A stretch of 64,000 bases of DNA from Piromyces finnis finn (lineage: Eukaryota > Fungi > Neocallimastigomycota): positions 248,001-312,000 of the forward strand of contig MCFH01000039.1 of assembly GCA_002104945.1 (NCBI GenBank). Reading direction: 5' to 3'. The notes under the pieces were generated by a model. It was not told the DNA's origin, ran no database searches, and was given only the letters and a program-made list of their open reading frames with translations. The position numbers and the translations under genes were made by a program. Shown here in pieces: positions 18,701 through 32,833 of this stretch; position 1 is the stretch's first letter; every line of letters starts with the position of its first letter.

Positions 18701-18735
18701 TCATTTTCCTTTTTCCATAATTTTATTCCCTTCAT
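12703..18735 (-). CDS. Ankyrin-repeat Ras guanine-nucleotide exchange factor (ANK + REM + CDC25-homology domain), multi-exon
   Basis: Ankyrin motifs (DDYGNTALHLA, ENGSTPLMKASYRGH, GYPALIWAALKGH, TPLIAAAYSG). REM-like FYNEFLMTHHSFISPKDL. CDC25 motifs: EFARQLTLIESEYY, NNFNGVTAIVAGL, GVYFTDLTFVELGN, INFEKRRKAAKII. Putative first exon MKGIKLWKKENDVV at 18735. Confidence 0.88.
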
Positions 18736-19390
18736 AATTATATAATATGGAATAACAATAATAATAATTACAAAAATGAATTATATATTTTCCTTTTTTT
18801 TTAAAAAAAAAATAAAATAAAAGTAATTATATAATAAAATATTAAAAAAAATAATAATAAATTTTAAAATAAAATCAAATAATCAATTTTATATCAATTC
18901 TATCGTATTATTATTATTATTAAGTAAAACTGGTAGTTAGTTGTTTTTTTTTTATAATAATACACTACTACTAATTTTAAAAAAGTAAAATAAAATGAAA
19001 TGAAATAAAATTTATTATATATATTTTATATATAATATAATTTTAATTTTTAATAGAATCATTTAAAAAAATAAAAAAAAAGATAAACCTTTTTCATATT
19101 TATTTTTTTTTATAATTTATTTACTTTTTTTTTAAAAAAAAAAAAAATTCTAAATAAAAATAACAACATATTATTATAATATAATTTTTTTTTATTTTTT
19201 ATAATCTATTTATTAAGTAAAAGTTATTTTTCATAATATATTTATGTTTTTTTTTTATTTTTTTTTTTTTTTATTTTTTTTGCTGTTGAAATTCAATTTT
19301 TATTAAATGTTATTTTACATTGATCAAGTTTAACAAATACCAAATAAAGTATATGATATTTTTAAGAACAAAAGACATAAATACACTTTA

Positions 19391-19904
19391 TTAATTTTGA
19401 ATAATTAATTTTTCTTTGAAATCATTAATGGAAATTTTGTTTTCTTTTCTTATAAATTCTTCTAAAAATTCATCAATATCATTTTGTTTTAAAAGTTTTC
19501 CAAATGATTTCATACAATGAATAAATTCTTTTTCATTTAAATTTCCATTACCATCTTCAAAAATTGATATGGCTTCCTTTATTTCCTCTTCAGAATTATT
19601 ATTATTAATTTTTCTTCCCATAATAACTATAAAATCATCCATTTTTAATTTATCTTTATGTTTGGATTTAATCTCTTCTAATTCAGAATCTTTTGGAATG
19701 TATCCTAATGTTCTCACAACATCACAATAGACTAAAGAACTAATTTCATTTTTATTATCTTTATCAAAAAATTTATAGACTTCTTTGAATTTTTTTATTT
19801 GATTATCAGAAAGGACTTCAGTCTATAGGAAATAATTATATGAATAAATATATTATGCTCTTTATACAATTTTTTTATTAATAATAGAATTATATTGTTA
19901 CCAT
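19391..19904 (-). CDS. Divergent calmodulin-like EF-hand protein (possible myosin light chain)
   Basis: ATG-only first exon (19904-19902) followed by GTAAC, then TEVLSDNQIKKFKEVYKFFDKDNKNEIS...VVRTLGYIPKDSELEEI...EEEIKEAISIFEDGNGNLNEKEF. The F-DKD, RxLG-xP and EEIKEA-F patterns match the calmodulin/MLC fold. Confidence 0.8.
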
Positions 19905-22900
19905 TTTTTATATTTCTTTTTTTTTTTTTCCTTTTTTATTATTTTTTTCCTATAGTGTTGGTTCAATCTTTAAACAGTTTTTAATGAAAAAAATAAAAGA
20001 TTTAATTGATAAATATTAATATAAATATTAAAATTATATCAATTACTATTAAAATAAAAAAAAAAAAAAAAGAACTTTAATATTTAAAAAATTAAAAAAT
20101 AAAAAAATAAAAAAAAAATAAAACTTTATAGAAATTCTTTTTATAATCTTTACATATAAAATAATAGATTTTTTTTTGTATTTTTTTTTTATTTTATTTT
20201 GTTAATATGTTGATATGTTGATAATTATTTTTCTTTTTCTAGTTAATGTTAAAACAATTATTTAAAATCTTAATATTTTATTCTATAAATAAATATTTTT
20301 AAAATAATAAAATAAAATAGTTTTTAAGAACTTTTTTTTTCTTTTATTAATATCATCTAAAAGTATTTAAATAAAGATTATTATAATATTAATAAAAAAT
20401 ATATAAATCAAACACCTTTTATATATTTAAATAATATTTAATAGAGATTTTTTTTTAAAATAAAAAAGAAATATTTAAAAAAAAAATATTTTACTTTTTG
20501 TTATTTCTGTTATAAATAAAAATATTATAAAAGTTGTAATAATGGTAAATATAAATTATATAATAAAAAAATAATAATAAAAATTCTTTTTATATATGTT
20601 ATTTATTATATTAACCTTTATTCCTATATTTTATTTCTTATAATAAATATTTAAGATTCTTTCTTCTCTAAATTTTAACTCTTTAAACTCTAAATCTAAA
20701 AAATTAAAAAGAGTTTTTACATATAAAATTTTATTTTATAATGTAGGGAAATATTTATAATCGTTCTATTTGTATTCTTTTTTTTTACTATTCTATTTCA
20801 TTATGTAAATATATTCTATCATTTTTATGATAATTTCACGCTTATTTTTACATAATTATAAGTTATAAGAATGTGTAAAAATATATTTATTTATATATAT
20901 ACCTATATATATATATATTTTATAAAAAAAAAGAGAAAGAAATATTTTAAATTATTTTTAATTGATGCTAAAAAGTTATTAGATTATCAATAACTTTTTT
21001 TTTCGTAAGAGATTTATAATAATGGTAATATTTTACTTTAATTTATTATTAATCATTGCAAATAAAAAATAGAATCATTCTATTATTATAGTTTTAAAAT
21101 TGTTTTTAATGATACAAAATACTTGAATAAACTACAGTTTCTTAGATAAAAAGTAAGATAAAAAAAGATTCCTTTTCGATATTAAAATTTCATAAAAATA
21201 CCCATAGTATTAATTATTTTTGGAAGAGAAATTCCACAGTTTAAAACTAAATTCTATTTATTTTTCAAAAATTTATAATAAATTCATAATTATAATTTAT
21301 TAATAGTTAAATACTTTTCTTTAATTATTTTCATATATTATTTTTTCTGTAAATGAATAAAATTGTTAATAGTTTTAAATTCATTGTTTTTTTTTTTTAC
21401 ATACAAATAATATTTATTAAAGGTTTTTTTTTTTTTTTTTGGGAAAGTAATAATATAATAAATATGAAATATTGACAATAATATAAAATATAATAATAAA
21501 AGATATAATGAAAATAATCCATTCTTAGGAATGAATTTTGATAATTTTCATATCATTCTCTTTTTTTTTTTTTTATTTTTACTTCAATGAAATATGAAAA
21601 TGTTAAAAGTTTTTTTTTTTTTTTTTTTTTTATTTTAAAAATTTATAAACTTTTTTTTAGAAAATTCTATAAAAAATAAAACTATGGAATTTTCTATATT
21701 TCTAAAGTTTTAAAAGGTGGATTTCTTTCTTCCTTTTTTTTTTTTTTTTTTTGTTTCCTTTTAAAATAAATGTGTTAAAAAAGAACGAAGAATAATAAAT
21801 TAATTATTATTATTGCTTTTTAAAATTATTACATATTTTATATGATTTATTCTATACTTTTTTAAAATATACATTGGAAATATATTATTAGAATTTGACA
21901 AAATTCTGTTGTTCAATATTTAAATAAAAACAAGGTATATTATCCACCCTAATAATATTCATATTTTATTCAACATTTAATTATAAATGACTGGAATACC
22001 CTTGTAATTTGTAGGAATACTTGATGAATTATTTGATAAACACGATTTTGAATAAAATAATAGACATAATTGACATTTATAAAATGAATTTTTAAAATTA
22101 TTAAAAATAAAAAGATTTTAAAAAATGAAATGAAATTAAATTCATTTTAGAGTTAAATATTACACTTTTTTTTTTTTTTGTATTTTTCATAAAAATAAAA
22201 AAATAGTAAAACATCTAAACTATTAATCCATAATTGAAAAAAAGTGATATTAATATCACTATAAAAAATAATAATGATACCTTTAACATTTCTTTTTTTT
22301 TTTTTTCTTGGAATATCTAATTAACAGTTTTAAACTATAAAATTTATATTAAAAAATCATATTAAAAAAGGTATTGTTTTGAGTGAAATCATTAAAAAAG
22401 AAATAAATACATTAACATTAATGATTGTTTATTTTTATAAAAATATATGATAAAAAATGAATATAGATGATAATACACACTTTTATATAGAGTAAAAGTC
22501 AAGATCCAATAAAAAAAATATATTCTGATACTATATGATACATAAATTTTTCAAATGGACTTTATTAGTTTGTAAAAATATATATTTCTAATATGGATTT
22601 ACATATAAAATATTAACAAATTAAAATTTGAGTCAATACCAATAAATAATAAATAATAATGATAATAACATTGTGGTGTATTTTGATATAGTTGAAAAGA
22701 AAATAGTAATAATTATAGAATAATTACATTATTCATTTCTACATTACATTTCAATACATTACAATTATCTCTATTTTACAATTAAATATAATTTTCTCGA
22801 TTTAAATAGTATAATCCTTTTATTCATTTATTATATCATGTTTTTATGCATAAAGCTACCACCAATTATCAATGTATACTATCTTATTCTCTTAGTATTA

Positions 22901-24290
22901 TATATTTTTTTTTCTAATTTAAATATTTATTCATTTTATTTTATCTCAACATTTCAATTTATAAATTTACAATAATAAAAATATAGTAGAGGATATATAT
23001 ACTATAACTTTGGGCAATATAGTTTTATTCCCTCTTTATTAAATATAACATCATTTAAAAAAAGTATCTTTAAAAATATCATAGAAATCGATTTTTATAT
23101 TATAAATAAACTTTATATAAAAATAAAAATGTATGATAAAAAAAAGTTTATACATTATAATTTAATTATCTAAACTTTTCTATTACGATTTATATAGATA
23201 AAAGAACTTTTCAAAAATAATAATATAATATATATTTTAATTTTGTCATTAAGCCAATTAACCCTTTTATAAAACTAAAAAATAAAAGTCATTAAATTGT
23301 AAAAGTTTAATTATTATTCATCAAAAATGTATTCATAATTTTATTAAATAATAAGCTATATTTGGAATAAGGATACATATGCATTATTTTCTAAAAAAAA
23401 AAAAAAAGAAAAAAAAAAAGAGAGAGAGAGAGAAAAAAGATATTTATCATAAAAACTGAATCTTTAATAGTTTTATTTTTAAATTGAAAAAAAAAAGGAA
23501 TATAAAATATTGTAAACTTTGATAAATTATAATTAAATAAAATGGAATCTGAGAATCTGATTTTTTATATTCATGTAAAAACATATAAAAAAAAAATAAA
23601 ACTAAATAAGCTTTTTTCATTGATTAAATGTTTTTAAATGCCTTATGTACTTGTGAGCTTTTTTAAATAAAAAAAAAAAAAGAAAGATGCTATTTTTAAA
23701 ATTATATTATTTTTTTTGTAATGATATTTTGATGCAAGGTTTAAATATAGATTAAATTCTATAAATAATATAGTTCTAGTTTATTATTAAATTTAAAATT
23801 TTTTTAATTTTATTTTTAAAAAGTAAATTTCTTTTTGTAAAAGTACAATATTCTCTAATTCCAATATTACTTTTTTTTTTTTTCAAAATAAAATTTTCAA
23901 AAAAAAAATATATAATTAAAATATAATTATATATTTCGGTGTAAAAAAAAAAGTTTTTTTATAGATTTATAATAGATTGAGATATAGTAAATTGTTATAG
24001 TTTTATAACACAATTTTGATATACATAATAAATTTGATTTATAATCACCATTATACATTTATAAATTTCTTATTTTTTTTTTTTTGGGCTTTATATGTAA
24101 ATATATTCTTTATATTAATAATTTTTACCGAAGAAAAAAAGAATAATAAATAATTAAATAGAATAAGATATTTAAAATATTAATGTCAAAATTTAATTTC
24201 TAAAAAGATCAATAAAATCAATATAACAATAATAGCATATTTATTTATTTTATTATAAAATATACTATTCTATAATAGAAAAATTAAAAA

Positions 24291-27200
24291 ATGAGTTCCA
24301 ATGAAGACACCAACTGGTCATCCAAGAACTACACTTGGATTGTAGATAAGGAGGAAGGTTATATTGCTGCTAGAATTATATCACAAGAAGGTGACAATTT
24401 TGTTGTAGAATTAGACAATAATGAAGTATGAACCATTTAAAAATTATAATTTAAAATAAAAATTATATATATATAATAAAATAGTAAAATACTCATATTA
24501 ATCTATATTTTATTATATATTAAATATTATTTATTATAATAATCAATTATAGAAAAGAACTGTTCATAGCAATGATCTTCAAAAAATGAATCCTCCAAAA
24601 TTCGATAAAGTCGAAGATATGGCTGATTTAACTCATTTAAATGAAGCCTCTGTTGTACATAATCTTCGTCTTCGTTATCACTCAAATCTCATTTACGTAT
24701 GTTTTTTAAAATTTAAAAAAAAAATTAATATTTAAAAAAAAAAACCTAATAAGAAAAATGGATTTAATAATTAATATTTTAAATAAATTATCCTTTATAA
24801 TAATTGTGAAATAGACTTACTCTGGTCTTTTCTTGGTAGCTGTTAACCCATACTTCAAAATTCCAATTTACACTGATCAAGTCATCCAATCCTACAAGGG
24901 TAAAAAGCGTTCTGAAATGCCACCACACATTTATGCTACATCTGATATGGCTTATTTAGATATGTTACAAGACCATGAAAATCAATCCATTTTAATTACG
25001 TAAGTTATAATTTTTTTACTACCAATTTAATGTTATTTTTATTTTAAAAAGAAAAAAAGATTTTTTTATTGATTAAATATATTAAAATAATATTAATAGT
25101 GGTGAATCTGGTGCTGGTAAGACTGAAAACACTAAAAAGGTTATTCAATATCTTGCTGCTATTGCTGGTGGTCATGGTAAAGATAAGAAGGGTAATTTAG
25201 AAGATCAAATTTTAAGAGCAAATCCAATTCTTGAATCTTTCGGTAATGCTCAAACCGTTAGAAACAATAACTCTTCTAGATTTGTAAGTTGAATTCATAA
25301 TTAAAGTTTAATTATTTTTTTTTAAAATATTTAAAGTGGTAAATAAAATATGTAAATTCAATAAAATTAATTTATTGATTATATTAAAAAAAAAATAATA
25401 GGGTAAATTTATTAGAATTGAATTTAATTCTAGTGGACAAATTGGTGGTGCAAACATTAAAAAGTACTTATTTGAAAAGTCTCGTGTTACACACCAAACT
25501 TCAAAGGAAAGAAACTACCACGTTTTCTATCAATTATTAAAGGGTGCCTCCAATGATCTTAAGAGTAAGTCTATTTTAAAACTATAATAATTTTTATGTT
25601 TTCAATTACTAACATTTATAATATATAAAAAATAAAAATAATTAAAACTAATTAAAAATATATATATAAATTTAGAATATTTATTATTGGATGGTTCATT
25701 AAATGATTATCAATTTGTAAAGAATTCAAATAAGAATATTGATGATGTTGATGATGCTGTTGATTTCAAGGATTTATGTGTAAGTATATTTTATTAAAAA
25801 AAAGTTAAAAAATAATAATAATATAATAAAAAAAATAATAAAAAAAAAATAAATAGTAAAATTAAACAAATATATATTAATATCTATAATAATTATTATA
25901 TATATATAATATATATTTATAATTTTTTTTATTAATTAATAGGAATCCATGAGAGTTATGGGTATTGATGATGAACAACAAAAGAATTTCTTTGGTGTTG
26001 TTGCTACTGTTTTACACCTTGGTAACATTAAGCCAGTTAATGATAGACAAGATCAAGCTCAACTTCCAGATACTTCTGCTGCCGAAAAGGTTTGTCACTT
26101 ATTAGGTATTAATGTTGACGAATTCATTAGAGGCTTATTAAAACCAAAGATTAAGGCTGGTAGAGATTGGGTTACTCAATCAAAGAACCAAGAACAAGTT
26201 ATATACTCTATTGAAGCTTTAGCCAGAGTATTATACGAAAGAATGTTCCAACAATTAGTTGATACTATTAATTTAACTTTAGATAAAGATTTCTCAAAGA
26301 CTACTTTCATTGGTGTTCTTGATATTGCTGGTTTTGAAATTTTCGAAGTCAACAGTTTTGAACAACTTTGTATTAACTACACTAATGAAAAACTTCAACA
26401 ATTCTTTAATCACCATATGTTCATTTTAGAACAAGAAGAATACAGAAGAGAAGGTATTGAATGGGAATTCATTGATTTCGGTCTTGATTTACAACCAACT
26501 ATTGATTTAATTGAAAAGACTTCTCCAATTGGTATTCTTTCTTGCTTAGATGAAGAATGTGTTATGCCAAAGGCTACCGATAAGACTTTCATCCAAAAAT
26601 TAAACGGTTTATGGAAGGGTAAGTCTGACAAGTATGATGTTCCAAGATTCAATGATGGTTTCATTTTATGCCACTATGCCGGTAATGTTGAATACAGTGT
26701 TAACGGCTGGCTTGACAAAAACAAGGATCCATTAAATGAAAATATCACTAGATTATTCGCTAATTCTACCGATAAGTTTATTGCTAACCTCTTCAGTGAC
26801 TACTTAGAAACCAACGATAACAGTAACAACAGAACTAACCAAAAGAAGGGTTCATTCAGAACTGTCGGTAACAAGCACAAGGAACAATTACAATTCTTAA
26901 TGAAGGAATTATACTCTACTGAACCACACTTTGTCAGATGTATTATTCCAAATGAAGAAAAGAAACCAGGAAAATTAAATATTCCATTAATTCTTGATCA
27001 ACTTAGATGTAATGGTGTTCTTGAAGGTATTAGAATTTGTAGAAACGGTTTCCCTAACAGATTACCATTTGCTGAATTTAGAAAGCGTTACGAACTTTTG
27101 GCTCCAAAGGCTATTCCAGACGGTTTCATGGATGGTCGTCATGCCTCTCAAATCATTCTTGACACCTTAAACTTAGATAAGGCTAGATACAGAATGGGTA

Positions 27201-30200
27201 GTAGTAAGGTCTTCTTCAAGGCTGGTGTTTTAGCTGAATTAGAAGAAATGAGAGATATTCAATTAGCTAAACTTGTCAAAAAGATTCAAGCTATCTGGAG
27301 AGGTTACAAAGCAAGAAAGAACTTCAAAAAGTTACTTGACAAGTTCCACGCTATTCGTGTCATTCAAAAGAATGCTAGAGTTTATGTTAACCTTAAGGAA
27401 TGGTCATGGTGGAAATTATACACTAAGGTTAAGCCTTTATTAAACGTAACTCGTACCGATGAAGAATTAAAGAAGAAGGATGAAGATATTAAGGAATTAC
27501 AAGAAAAGGCTAACAAAGAAGCTGAAGAAAGAAGTAAATTCGAAGCTCTTAGTAATGAACTTGAACAAAAGAAGCAACAATTGGAACAAGATCTTATTAG
27601 TGAAAGAAATCACTCTGCTGAACAAGAAGATAAGCTTAATAACTATAGAACTCAAATTCAAGAAATGCAAGATCAATTAACCGAAACAAAGACTGAATTA
27701 GATAATACTGAATCTCAATACGAAGATGTATTAAACCAAAAGAAGAAGTTAGCTTCTGATCTTGAAGAATTAAATGAACAATTAGAACAAGGTAAGATTA
27801 CCATTGAAAAGTATGAAAAGGAAAAGCAAGCCGAGGAACAATTAATTCAACAATTGAAGGAAAATATTCAAAGTAACACTGATGAAATTGATAAATTAAC
27901 CAGTGAAAAGAAGAATTTAGAACAACAATTAAACGAATTAAACTTAAACCTTGGTGCTGCTCATGACAAGGAAACTGAATTAGAAAAGATCAAGGCCAAG
28001 CTTCAAAACAACGCCAATGAAATTCAAAATAACCTTGATAACGAACAAAAGGCAAAGGAAGAACTTAACAAGAAATTAAACGAATTAACTAAGGAATTAA
28101 AGGCTACTAAGGAAGCTGTTGACGACCTTAATAGAGTTAAAGCTGAACTTGAAAATACCATTGAAAAAAGAGATAAAAACATTGAATCCATTAATACACA
28201 ACTTTCCGAAACCGAATCTGAAAAGGAAAATGTTGAAAAGGCTAGAAGAGAACTTGCCCTTAAGCTCCAAACTGTTGAAGCTGATTTAGAAAATGAAAAG
28301 GCTGAACGTCAAAAACTTGTTAGTCAAAAGAACAAGCTTGAAAATGATATTGAATCTCTCCACGATGTCATTCAAGCCAAGGGTGACGATGAAACTAAGC
28401 AAAATGAACTTAGAAAGATTCGTGAAGCTGAAATGACAAACTTAAAGAGTCAACTCGAAGATACATCTAAGGAATTAGACGATACCAGACGTAAGACAAA
28501 CTCTCAAATTGAAAAGTTAAAGGCTGAAATTGAAGAACTTCAACATGAAAATGAAAACTTAAGACAAATAAAGTCTCAACTTGAAAGAAATGTTAATGAA
28601 TTAACCGAAAAGTTAGAAGACTCTGAAAAGAATGTTGCAAAGTTAGAAAAAACTTGCCGTCAATTAGAAAGCAGTCTTCAAGATTCTCAAAAGCACTCTG
28701 AAGAAATTGAAAATGAATTAAACAATTTAATTGTTGCCAAGGGTTCAATGGAAAAACAAATTCAACTCTTGAATACTCGTGCTGATGAAGCGGAAAGCAA
28801 GTGTGCTACTCTTGAACGTGAAAAGATTCAATTTAAGAAGCTAGCCGAAAACTTGCAAAATGAATTGGAAGAAGAAGTTAACAAAAAAAGAATCTTAGAA
28901 GATGCAAAGAATAAGCTTAATAACAGTATCAATGAATTACAACAACAATACGACGAACTTGAAGCTAACAACAATGATATACAAAGAAAGTTAGCACAAA
29001 AAACTAGTGAATTTGACGCTTACAAGGAAAAATTCAATAAGGAAAATAAGGACAAGATTGAAGAACTTGATTCTTCAAAGAAGAAGATGGAAAAGGAACT
29101 TACCGAAATTAAGGATAAATTAACTTTAGCTGAAAACGCCAAAGACACCTTAGAAAAGACTAAGGCCCGTTTAGTTGCCGAAATTGAAGACTTAAAGCAT
29201 GAAGTTGAACATGAACACAACGTCTCAAGAGCTGCTGAAAAGGCCACTAAGGCTGCTGAAAGTCAACTTAACCAAATTACTCAACAATTAGAAAGTGAAC
29301 AACGTGATCACGCTCTCACCGAATCTCAATCAAAGAAACTTCAATCTACCATTGATTCCTTAAACGATGAACTTGAAAACTTAAAGAATAACTATGATTC
29401 TGTTAATCGTAAGAAGAATGATTTAGAAAACGAATTAAATTCCTTAATTAACGACAGTACTACTAGTAACAACATTCATGACTTAGAAAAGTCTAACCGT
29501 GCTTTAGAAAGTCAACTTAAGGAACTCAAGGAACAACTTGAAGAGATGACTAATGAAAAGGAAAAGGCCGATGAAGGAAAGAAGGTTATCGAACAACAAT
29601 TCCTTAAGTACAAACAAAAGGCTGAACAAGACATGGTTGAAAAAGAAAACCAAATGGAAGAAACTAGAAAGATGTTATACAAGGAAGTTAATTCGTTAGG
29701 TGAACAACTTGATGAAGAAATAGCTGCCAAGAATGAATTAATCAAGGCTAAGAAACGTTTAGAAAACGAAATTGCTAACGCTTCTAACAATGCTGAACAA
29801 TCTACCAAGAATAAGGCTGAAATGGAAAAATCCAACAAGAAATTAGAAACTCTTATTAAGGATCTTAATGCCAAGTTAGAAGGTAAGGAAAAGGAATGCC
29901 GAAACTATGAAGAATTAGCTCGCAACCAAGAACAAAAGTCCAACAACATTCAAAGTGAAATGGAAAAACTTGCTGAAGAACTTGATGCTTTGAAGAGAGC
30001 CAAGAAGCAAGTTGATACTCAATTAGATTCTATTAATTCTGAATATGAACAAATCTTATCTGAAAGAGATTCATTAAGCGATGCTAAGAAGAACCTTGAA
30101 AAGCAAAACAGAGACTTAACCGAACGTTTAGAAGAAATGGAAGATGATCTTAAGGATGCTCAAGAAAGAGGTAGTGTTGCTAACATTGATGAAATTAAGA

Positions 30201-32065
30201 AGAAGGTCAAGGCTGAATTTGAAGAAAAGATTGAAAAGTTAGAAGATTCAAGAAAGGCCTTATTAGCTGACAAGAGAATTAAGGATCAAGATATTGAAGA
30301 TAAGGACAAGACCATTGCCTTATTAGAAAAGCAAAAGAAGATGATGACTGAAGAAAACGACGAATTAAAGAACAACCTTGATAACGAAATTATTGCAAAG
30401 AATGAAGAAATCAATCAACGTAAGAAGCTTACTGCCGATATTAAGGATCTTGAAATTAAGTTGAACCAAGAACAATTAAAGAGTGAAGGTTTGAACGAAT
30501 CCTACGAAGCCTTAAAGGCAAAATACGATACCACTATTTCAAAATTAGATCAAACTGAATTGAACTTAATTAAGGCTGAAAAGGCTGAAGGTTCTCTCAA
30601 GTTACAACTTAAGGAAATGGAAGAAACCTTACAAGATTCTGCCAAGGATCTTAAGCAATACGAAGAAAAGTACAAGCAATTAGAAGACCAACTCCAAGAT
30701 CTTCAAGAAAAGATGGAAGAAGATTCTCAAGATATGCAAGATCTTGTTCTTATGAAGCAAAACCTTCAACAAGAACTTGAATCTAACAACAGTAAGTACC
30801 AAAACGAAATCAATGAACGTGATGAAATGATTGAAAGCACTAGAAAGAAGTACTTAAAGGAAAACCAAAACTTAAGTACTGAACTTGAAATGGAAAGAGC
30901 CACTGCCTTAACCCTTAAGGAAACTAAGAAGAACCTCGAAAACCAAATTAACGAAATTTCAAGTGAATGGGAAAAAGATCGTCGTGAATTACAAGCCTGG
31001 AAGAAGGATAAGGAAAAGTTAGAAAACAGAATTGATGAAATCACCAAGAAGAAGGATGAAGCCAATGCTCGTTGTGATGAATTAGAATCTCAAAAGAACG
31101 ATATTTCCAGTAAATATGGCGATATGAAGACCAAGTGTGAAGATCTCGAAGCTAAATGTAACTTTGCTGAAAAGGCTAAGAAGAACCTTGAATCCCAAGT
31201 TGAAGATCTTAACGAACAAACATTACAATTAACCAAGGCTAAGCAAAACCTTGAACGTAACAACCAAACCATGGAAACTCAAATTGCTGAACTTCAAGCC
31301 AAGTTAGATGAACAACAAGATGAATACACTACTATTATTGAAGATTTAAGAAAGAAGAGTTCTGACCAAGATGAAGTTCACTCTGAATTAGAAAAGGAAA
31401 AGCAAATATCTCTTGACTTGGAACGTTCAAAGATTGCTCTTGAAAAGCAAGTTAAGGAACTTAATTCTCGTATTACTGAATTAGAAGCTTGTGCTCTTAA
31501 CGACAATTCAAGAAATATTTCTAGAATTCAAGCTCGTCTTGATGATGTTTCACAACAACTTGAAAATGAATCTAAAGAAAAGATGCAATTATTACAAAAC
31601 TCACGTAAGACCGAAAGAACTATTCGTGACTTACAAAACCAATTACAAGAAAGAAACAAATATAAGGCTAAATACGAAGAAGATATGGAAAGAAATGAAA
31701 GTAAGATTAAGAAGATGAAGGCACAAATTGAAGAACTTGTAAGTTTTTTCTTTTCATTTTTTTAAATATAATATATATATTAATATTTAAAATAATATTA
31801 AATAATAAAATTTTTTAAATTTAAATATATTTAATTTGTTTTCAAAAAATAGGAATTATCTGAAAGCAACTTACAAATTGCTAAACGTAGAATTGAACGT
31901 GAAGCTAATGAACAACGTGAACGTGCTGCTAGGTAAACAAACTTTATAATTATTATTTATATGAAATTATATAAAATAACATATTTCTAATTCCTATAAA
32001 TAATTATGTTAAATAGATTCGAAAAAGAAAACGAAAAATTAAAGGCCAGAATCAATGCTATTTAA
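24291..32065 (+). CDS. MYO1: Myosin class II heavy chain, multi-exon
   Basis: SH3-like N-terminus, [13 protein letters not shown]-loop [67 protein letters not shown] motifs, WxWWKLY and a very long heptad coiled-coil tail. Stop at 32063-32065. Symbol follows S. cerevisiae usage (myo2 in S. pombe). Confidence 0.97.
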
Positions 32066-32833
32066 GCAAATATAACTTTTTTTTTTTTTTTTCATCATAC
32101 CCCCTAAAATAATACAAAGTACAATCTATAAAATATTTTAACAATTTTCTTTAAAAAAAAAAATAATAATATTGTATATTGAAAAAAGTTGAATATAAAC
32201 TTTAAATAAAAACTATAAAATATATATATATATAGAAAAAGAGAAAAAGTTAGATAATCATTTACATTATTAATAGTGTTGTTATATAAAAAAGCATACA
32301 GAAATGAATAATGTTTTTATCAAAAAAAAAAAAAAAATTGATAAATAATAAAAACCAACCTTTAAATGAAATTATCATTTTAATGATAGAATAATACAAT
32401 GATAAAGTGATATTAGTTCGTGTAAATGGAAAAGGTTTAAATACAATAGAAAAAAAAAAGTTTTTAAATTTATTCATTATATTTCATTAAAAAAAAAAAA
32501 AAATGAATTATTTTATAAAAATATTTAAATATTTATATATTAAAAAAAAAACTTGCCCTATGTTGTTTTATATTAAATGTTCATTAACTATTATTTAATT
32601 GTGGGTGTGTTTCTTTTTCCTTGTTTCTTCTTCTTTTGATAGAGCTATTCATTTATTCGTTTATTTATTTAAATACTTTTTTTAATAATACAAAAATATT
32701 AAATTTTTTTTTAATTTAAAATTTATTAATATTTAAAATTATATTAATTAAAAATATAAATTGGTTAATTTTACCACACTTTAAAATAGTTTGAAGAAGA
32801 AAAAAAAAAAAAAAGTAATTTTTTAAAAAAAAA

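Noticed and set aside
19950-24250. Long gene-free stretches (also about 40100-44000 and 49000-53500) as possible hidden genes or TEs
   Set aside because: They are extremely AT-rich with homopolymer runs. I found no coding bias, terminal repeats or RNA-gene motifs by eye, although short exons or decayed elements cannot be excluded.
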